NCBI GenBank assembly: GCA_963822445.1
Contig: CAWGHO010000003.1
Location: 576,001 to 640,000, forward strand
Reading direction: 5' to 3'
Origin: an uncultured Acidobacteriota bacterium
GTDB lineage: Bacteria > Acidobacteriota > Thermoanaerobaculia > Gp7-AA8
DNA: 64,000 nucleotides
A program made the position numbers and the translations under genes. The notes under the pieces were generated by a model that was given only the letters and a program-made list of their open reading frames with translations, ran no database searches and had not been told where the DNA came from. Positions 58,762 through 64,000 of this stretch are shown here, one piece after another; the first letter of the stretch is position 1; every line of letters starts with the position of its first letter.

Positions 58762-61092
58762 TCACGCGGCGGCGTGCTTGGCCGGCCCGGTCTCGAGCAG
58801 ACGCACGACGTGTTCTTCGAAGTCGCCAAGACTCGATCTGCTCTTGGTCAGGAACTCCGTAGGCCCGAGACGAAGGCGGGTCCGATCGGTGGTTACGACA
58901 TCGAGTGACGAGTAGACGAGCAGGGGCGTTCCGGCGAGGTCCGCACTCTCTCGAAGCGCGGCGACGACAGCGAACCCGTCCATGTCCGGAAGCACGAGAT
59001 CCAGGACGATCAGGCTCGGCTGGTCGTGCCTGCAGCGCTGAACCGCATCACGTCCGCTGACGGCGTGAGTCGTCACGATGCCGCGGTTCTGCAGCGCCGC
59101 GCCCATGACCTTCGCCAGATCGACATCGTCTTCCACCAGCAGAACAGATGGCAAAGTGCGGCGGCCGGGAGCCGGCAACTCGCTCGTCACGCTGGGGACC
59201 GCGAGCGGGATCGTGAACTGAAAACAGCTGCCGGTCGGCTCGTTCGGTTCCACCCAGATCCGGCCCCCGTGGGCGTCCACGATGCTCTTGCAGATGGCCA
59301 GACCGAGTCCGGAACCGCCTTTGTCGCGCGAGTCCGAGCCGTCCACCTGGCTGAAACGCTCGAAGATCGTCTCGAGCTTCTCCTGCGGCACTCCCCGCCC
59401 GTGATCGGCGACGCGGAACACGAAATCGTCCTCGCGAACGACACCGCTCAGCGTCACGGTCGTCTCCGCCGCTGAGAACTTGATCGCGTTGCCCAGGAGG
59501 TTGGTCAACGTCTGAATGATCCGGTCGCTGTCGCCCCACAGCGTCGCGGCAGCCGGGACAACCGCCAGGCGCACGCCGGCCTCGTCGGCCACCGCCTGCA
59601 CACCATCCATTGCCTGATTCATCAGGGCGTTTGCATCGACGGGCCCACGTTGCAGTTCGACCATTCCGGACTCGATCCGTTCCAGATCGAGAATGTCGTT
59701 GATCAGACGAACCAGACGATCGGTGTTGCTGACTGCGATTTCCAGCATCCGTCGCCCTTTGTCTCCGACAGTGCCGAGCATGCCGCTGCCGAGCAGCCCC
59801 AGCGCTCCGCGGATTGAAGTGAGGGGAGTTCGCAATTCGTGACTGACAGTCGAAACGAACTCGCCCTTCAAGCGCTCGATGGCCCGGCGCTCGGTGACGT
59901 CGCGGAAAGTCACCACGGCTCCGAGGTGATTTCCGTCCTCGTCGAACATGGGGGTGGACGCGTACTCGACAGGAAAGCTCGAACCGTCCGGGCGCCAGAA
60001 GACGTCGTCGTAGTTCCCGACCGGCTCGCCCCTCCGCATGGCCACTGTCTTCGCACAATCCACCTCGGGCCACGGGGTGCCATCGGGGTACGAATGATGA
60101 ACAGCCTCGTGGACGGTCCGGCCACCGAAATCATCCAGCGTCATTCCCAGGATGCGTGCACCGGCCGGGTTGAGAAACGTCGGCCGGTTGTCGAGACCGA
60201 TCCCCATGATCCCGTCCCTGGCGGTGTTCAGGATCAGTGCGCTCTCCCGGGCCAGCCGCGCGTTGACCTCGGCGACTCTCTCGGCGGCGTTTTTTGCGGC
60301 CCGCAACTCGTCGGTGCGCAGGGAGACTGTCTCTTCGAGAAGCGTCTGCTGCATCAGCAGTTGACGGTCGCGCTGCTCGATCTCGGCGAGCATGCAGTTG
60401 AACCCTGTCACCAGCTCGCTGATCTCATCGCTCTGATTCGTGCTGTGATGATTGGCCCGCATGGTGTAGTCCTCACCCTGCCTGACCAGACCCACCACAC
60501 GCACGAGCTCGCGAATCGGCTCCGAAATGCTGCCCTGCAACCACCCGGAGAGAACGAACGCGATCAGCAGCGAAAGGAAACTGACACCCGCGGCGAACTT
60601 CGCGAATTGCTTCAGCCGTTCATTGCGCTCGCGACGGTCGGCGAGCATGTAAACAGTGCCGGCGCGCTGGCCATCGACGGTGATGGCGTAAAACAGCTCG
60701 AGGCCGTTGTCCTGGTCATGGAAGCCGTCCGGCAGCAGCGTCCGCGGGATGGAGATCGAGGCATTCGGTTCGTAGCGCTCGAAAGGCTCTCCCCGGGAGT
60801 CATAGATGCCGGCCGCGATGATCGACCGCTTTTGCCGAAGCGAGGTCAGGACCTCGTGGGCGACTCTTCGATCTCCGCGCTTCAACGCCTCAACGCTGTT
60901 GGAAGCGATCATCTTCGCGTTCGCCGAGAGGTCGGCGGTGATCCGCTTGCGATAGTTGTTGAGACCGGAGACGAAGTACGCGGAGCAGGTCAGCAGCACC
61001 GCGGTCGTGCTGGTCAGCATGATGATGCGAGTCAGGTTCCCGCGAATGGACTGCTTTCGTTTCGAGATCATCGTCGAAGGCGCTAGCTCCAT
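58762..61092 (-). CDS. Hybrid sensor histidine kinase: two TM with periplasmic domain, HAMP, PAS, HisKA, HATPase, REC
   Basis: ISEPIREL...DEISEL..GFN (HAMP), FWRPDGSSFPVEY (PAS), SHELRTPL. Start at 61092 or 61071. Confidence 0.93.
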   Translation of the reverse strand: MELAPSTMISKRKQSIRGNLTRIIMLTSTTAVLLTCSAYFVSGLNNYRKRITADLSANAKMIASNSVEALKRGDRRVAHEVLTSLRQKRSIIAAGIYDSRGEPFERYEPNASISIPRTLLPDGFHDQDNGLELFYAITVDGQRAGTVYMLADRRERNERLKQFAKFAAGVSFLSLLIAFVLSGWLQGSISEPIRELVRVVGLVRQGEDYTMRANHHSTNQSDEISELVTGFNCMLAEIEQRDRQLLMQQTLLEETVSLRTDELRAAKNAAERVAEVNARLARESALILNTARDGIMGIGLDNRPTFLNPAGARILGMTLDDFGGRTVHEAVHHSYPDGTPWPEVDCAKTVAMRRGEPVGNYDDVFWRPDGSSFPVEYASTPMFDEDGNHLGAVVTFRDVTERRAIERLKGEFVSTVSHELRTPLTSIRGALGLLGSGMLGTVGDKGRRMLEIAVSNTDRLVRLINDILDLERIESGMVELQRGPVDANALMNQAMDGVQAVADEAGVRLAVVPAAATLWGDSDRIIQTLTNLLGNAIKFSAAETTVTLSGVVREDDFVFRVADHGRGVPQEKLETIFERFSQVDGSDSRDKGGSGLGLAICKSIVDAHGGRIWVEPNEPTGSCFQFTIPLAVPSVTSELPAPGRRTLPSVLLVEDDVDLAKVMGAALQNRGIVTTHAVSGRDAVQRCRHDQPSLIVLDLVLPDMDGFAVVAALRESADLAGTPLLVYSSLDVVTTDRTRLRLGPTEFLTKSRSSLGDFEEHVVRLLETGPAKHAAA

Positions 61093-61469
61093 CCGAGCAG
61101 AGCGTTGATCTCCTCTCCGAGCGTGACCGGGTCGAAGGGCTTGGCGATGATTCCGCGGACGCCGAGCTGCATGAAACTCTCGCGATCCGCAGCCTGAACC
61201 TTGGCTGTCAGAAAGATGACCGGAATCGCTCTGGTGGCTTCGTGTGACTGCAGGATGCGGAGTGTTCCGGGTCCGTCCATATCGGGCATCATCACGTCGA
61301 GCAGGATTGCATCGGGCGCACACGCCCCGGCCACGGCGATGCCCGCCGCGCCGCCGTTTGCGGTGGTGATCGTCCAACCCTGGGTCATTTCCAGGCTCAG
61401 GCCGGCCACCTCACGGATATCGTCTTCGTCGTCGATCAGGAGCAGGTGTCTGGGCTGCACGTAATCCAT
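61083..61469 (-). CDS. Single-domain response regulator (REC)
   Basis: LLIDDEDD, PDAILLDVMMPDMDG, VIFLTA, IAKPFD. Confidence 0.93.
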   Translation of the reverse strand: MDYVQPRHLLLIDDEDDIREVAGLSLEMTQGWTITTANGGAAGIAVAGACAPDAILLDVMMPDMDGPGTLRILQSHEATRAIPVIFLTAKVQAADRESFMQLGVRGIIAKPFDPVTLGEEINALLGWS

Positions 61470-61639
61470 TCCCCTCTTACCCGGTAGTGCTTCCAGACGG
61501 CCCGTTTGATACGAGCCAGCTTCAGAAATCGAAGGCGAATCAATCCGTCCGAACCGATCCCGTATTTAAAACGGACCGTCGGTGCACTTCTGCAATGGAG
61601 GCCGACAGATGCGGCCCCCGCCGATGAGGAAAGGAGCCC

Positions 61640-63316
61640 GTGAGAAGCGCCGCCATACCGATGTTCGAAAAGCCACCCGGAGAGACCTCGACCCGTTTGC
61701 ACGAAGCCCAGCCTCATCGTCTGGAGGCGATCGAAGAGTCACCTGCCGCGGTCGCTGCCAGGGCCGCCGACCTGATCTGCACACACGACCTCGAAGAGGC
61801 GTTCCGGGCCGTACGCAACAGCGAAGAGCACTTCCGTTCCATCATCGAGAACGCCTCCGACGTCATCGCCATCGTCGAGCTGGACGGGCGCATCCGTTAC
61901 GAGAGCCCCTCGGTCGAACGGGTTCTGGGGTATCCGCCTGATGTCCTGGTCGGCACGCGGTTTCTCGATCTCGTCCACCCGGACGATGCAAAGGCGGCAG
62001 AGCACTTCCTGAGCCGCCAGATTGCCGATCCCGCCGCGACGTCGCGTATCGAATTGCGGGCCCGCCACTTTCGAGGCTCGTGGCGATCGTTCGAGATCGT
62101 GGCCAACACACTGGTCAAACGAGGAAACCCCTCGGCCGTCGTCGTCAACGCGCGCGACATCACCGAACGAAAGCTTCTCGAGGCGCAACTCTTACAGGCC
62201 AACCGTCTGGCCGGACTCGGACGTCTGGCGGCCACGGTCGCCCATGAGTTCAACAACGTGCTCATGGGCATGCAACCGTTCGCAGAGCTGATGCAGCGCC
62301 CGGATGCGACGCCCTTGATGATCTCCAAAGGCGCGGGGCACATCGCCACCTCGATCCAACGCGGCAAGCGCATCGTGATGGACATCCTCCGCTTCACCCA
62401 GCCCCACGTCCCTTCGACGGCCTCCGTCGATCTCGCCGAATGGTGGGAGACGTTTGGTCCGGAAGCCACGGTCGTCCTCGGAAACATGATCTCCGTGATT
62501 GCCTCGATCCCCCCCGGCTTGTGCATCACTGCCGATCGGGGGCAACTCTCCCAGGTACTTGCAAACCTGGTCGCCAATTCGCGCGACGCCATGCCCGCGG
62601 GCGGAACGCTCATCGTCGAAGCCAACGAGCTCGCCGCAGACGCGACCTTCACGTTCGGCGTCGTGCCTCAGCCCGATCGCTTCGTGCAGATCTCAATCAC
62701 GGACACGGGGTGCGGAATGACCCCCGACGTCATGGAGCGCGTGTTCGAGCCGCTCTACACGACCAGAGAGAGCGGGGGAACCGGTCTGGGCCTTGCCGTT
62801 GCGCATCAGGTAGTCACCCAGCATGGAGGCTACATCTTCCTGGAGAGCGAGCCCGGCGTGGGAACGACCTTCCATCTCTTCCTCCCGAAGGCGGCGACGC
62901 GGTGTGGCCTCGACGCGGAGTCGGAGAAGCCCGGTCCTGCACCGGCGGCGCGAAAACTGTTGATGATCGAGGACGAACGAACGATCGTCGACGGCCTGTC
63001 GATCCTGCTGGAAGGCGACGGAATCGAGGTCGAAGGCATCGAAAGCGGGCTGGAGGCGGCCGAGGCCATCGCTCGATTTCATCCCGATGTCGTGCTCCTC
63101 GACTACGGGCTGCCCGGGATGGACGGAAGCGAGGTTTACGCGCTCATCCGCACGCTGGACCCATCGCTCCCGATCATCTTTGCTACCGGGCACGGCGACC
63201 GGCGGACCCTCCACGACAGCCTCGACGATCCCCGGACGAGATTTCTTCAGAAGCCGTTCGAAGTCTCCGAGCTCCTCGCCCTGATCGTGGAGCTCGAGAC
63301 CGGAGATGCACCGTGA
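61640..63316 (+). CDS. Cytoplasmic hybrid histidine kinase PAS-HisKA-HATPase-REC (CckA-like architecture)
   Basis: FRSIIENASD, AHEFNNVL, NSRDAMP, DTGCGM, GTGLGL, REC; AAGGAG RBS before GTG. Confidence 0.93.
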   Translation: MRSAAIPMFEKPPGETSTRLHEAQPHRLEAIEESPAAVAARAADLICTHDLEEAFRAVRNSEEHFRSIIENASDVIAIVELDGRIRYESPSVERVLGYPPDVLVGTRFLDLVHPDDAKAAEHFLSRQIADPAATSRIELRARHFRGSWRSFEIVANTLVKRGNPSAVVVNARDITERKLLEAQLLQANRLAGLGRLAATVAHEFNNVLMGMQPFAELMQRPDATPLMISKGAGHIATSIQRGKRIVMDILRFTQPHVPSTASVDLAEWWETFGPEATVVLGNMISVIASIPPGLCITADRGQLSQVLANLVANSRDAMPAGGTLIVEANELAADATFTFGVVPQPDRFVQISITDTGCGMTPDVMERVFEPLYTTRESGGTGLGLAVAHQVVTQHGGYIFLESEPGVGTTFHLFLPKAATRCGLDAESEKPGPAPAARKLLMIEDERTIVDGLSILLEGDGIEVEGIESGLEAAEAIARFHPDVVLLDYGLPGMDGSEVYALIRTLDPSLPIIFATGHGDRRTLHDSLDDPRTRFLQKPFEVSELLALIVELETGDAP

Positions 63317-63690
63317 CTGCGGCCGCCGTCATCAAACGCGCGCTGGTCATCGACGACGACGCTCACGTCCGGGAGTTGCTGCAGATTCTCCTCGAAACGG
63401 CGGGGTTCGAGGTGGACACGCTCAAGGACGGGATCGACGCAGTCGAACTGAAGCACGACTACCACGTCATCGTCCTCGACATGCTCATGCCGATCTTCAG
63501 CGGGGCTCAACTGGCCGATTACTGGAAGATGACCACTCCGGAGGTTCTGCGCCGGGTCATTTTCCTGACCGGCTACTCGCGTCTGTCGGCGGACCGGGTT
63601 CATGGGACGTTCGCCACACTCGCCAAGCCGTTCGATTACCGCGAGATGCTCAGGATCGTGGAGGACTGCTTACAGCAAACGCCGGCGTGA
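63313..63690 (+). CDS. Single-domain response regulator (REC)
   Basis: GTGA coupling; ALVIDDD, IVLDMLMP, VIFLTG, LAKPFD. Confidence 0.88.
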   Translation: MTAAAVIKRALVIDDDAHVRELLQILLETAGFEVDTLKDGIDAVELKHDYHVIVLDMLMPIFSGAQLADYWKMTTPEVLRRVIFLTGYSRLSADRVHGTFATLAKPFDYREMLRIVEDCLQQTPA

Positions 63691-63841
63691 CCAAGTGTCC
63701 AGTTTCGCAACACCCGTCTGCGTAACGAACGCAGTGGGAGTGGCGTGCTCATGAGGTAAACACCTACGAATACACGGCTTATCGTCGTTCGCCTCCTGGC
63801 TTTGGTCCTGCTCTATCGGCCCATCGAGGGGTCATAGAGAG

Positions 63842-64000
63842 ATGAACGAACGGGTGTTGGTAGTCGATGACGAACAAGCAATCGTGGCCGGACTGCTCTG
63901 CTTGCTTGAATCGGAACGGATCGAAAGCGCGGGCGCCTTCGACCGTCAAACCGCGGAGACGCTCATGACGGAGACGTTTTTCCCGGTGATCGTCGCCGAC
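63842..64000 (+). CDS. Response regulator N-terminus (runs off the window end)
   Basis: Manual translation MNERVLVVDDEQAIVAGLLCLLESE...FPVIVAD. Confidence 0.8.
   Translation, partial: MNERVLVVDDEQAIVAGLLCLLESERIESAGAFDRQTAETLMTETFFPVIVAD

Larger units (their letters stand above)
44619..64000. mobile_element. Putative genomic island abutting the tRNA-Glu 3' end (right boundary not seen)
   Basis: Accessory genes end 5 nt after the CCA, there is no tRNA terminator, codon bias looks weaker by eye, and a pseudogene is present. No integrase or att repeat seen in the window. Confidence 0.4.

Overview
High-GC bacterial chromosome segment. Gene content and style suggest an Acidobacteriota (Thermoanaerobaculia-like) genome; this is an inference. 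The left two-thirds mixes housekeeping and accessory genes: NCS2 permease, a CHAT/caspase-like protease paired with a receptor-like membrane protein, BI-1/YccA, dnaK-hspR, lodAB, a Ser/Thr kinase with a beta-propeller, csp, a FabF-like synthase, dacB, a Cro-like gene divergent from a catalytically dead LexA-like regulator, peptidases, blaI-blaR1, and a five-gene glycosyltransferase/cytochrome c/sulfotransferase cluster. After tRNA-Lys and tRNA-Glu the sequence becomes island-like. It carries a translationally coupled operon of a small tatA gene (absent from the ORF track) and two giant uncharacterised proteins (1514 aa with a twin-arginine signal, and 1561 aa), then a decayed sterol-desaturase gene and a cluster of hybrid histidine kinases and receiver proteins. 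The tatA plus giant-protein operon is the best candidate for an undescribed system. Several genes, including dnaK, carry small frameshifts that look like sequencing errors.
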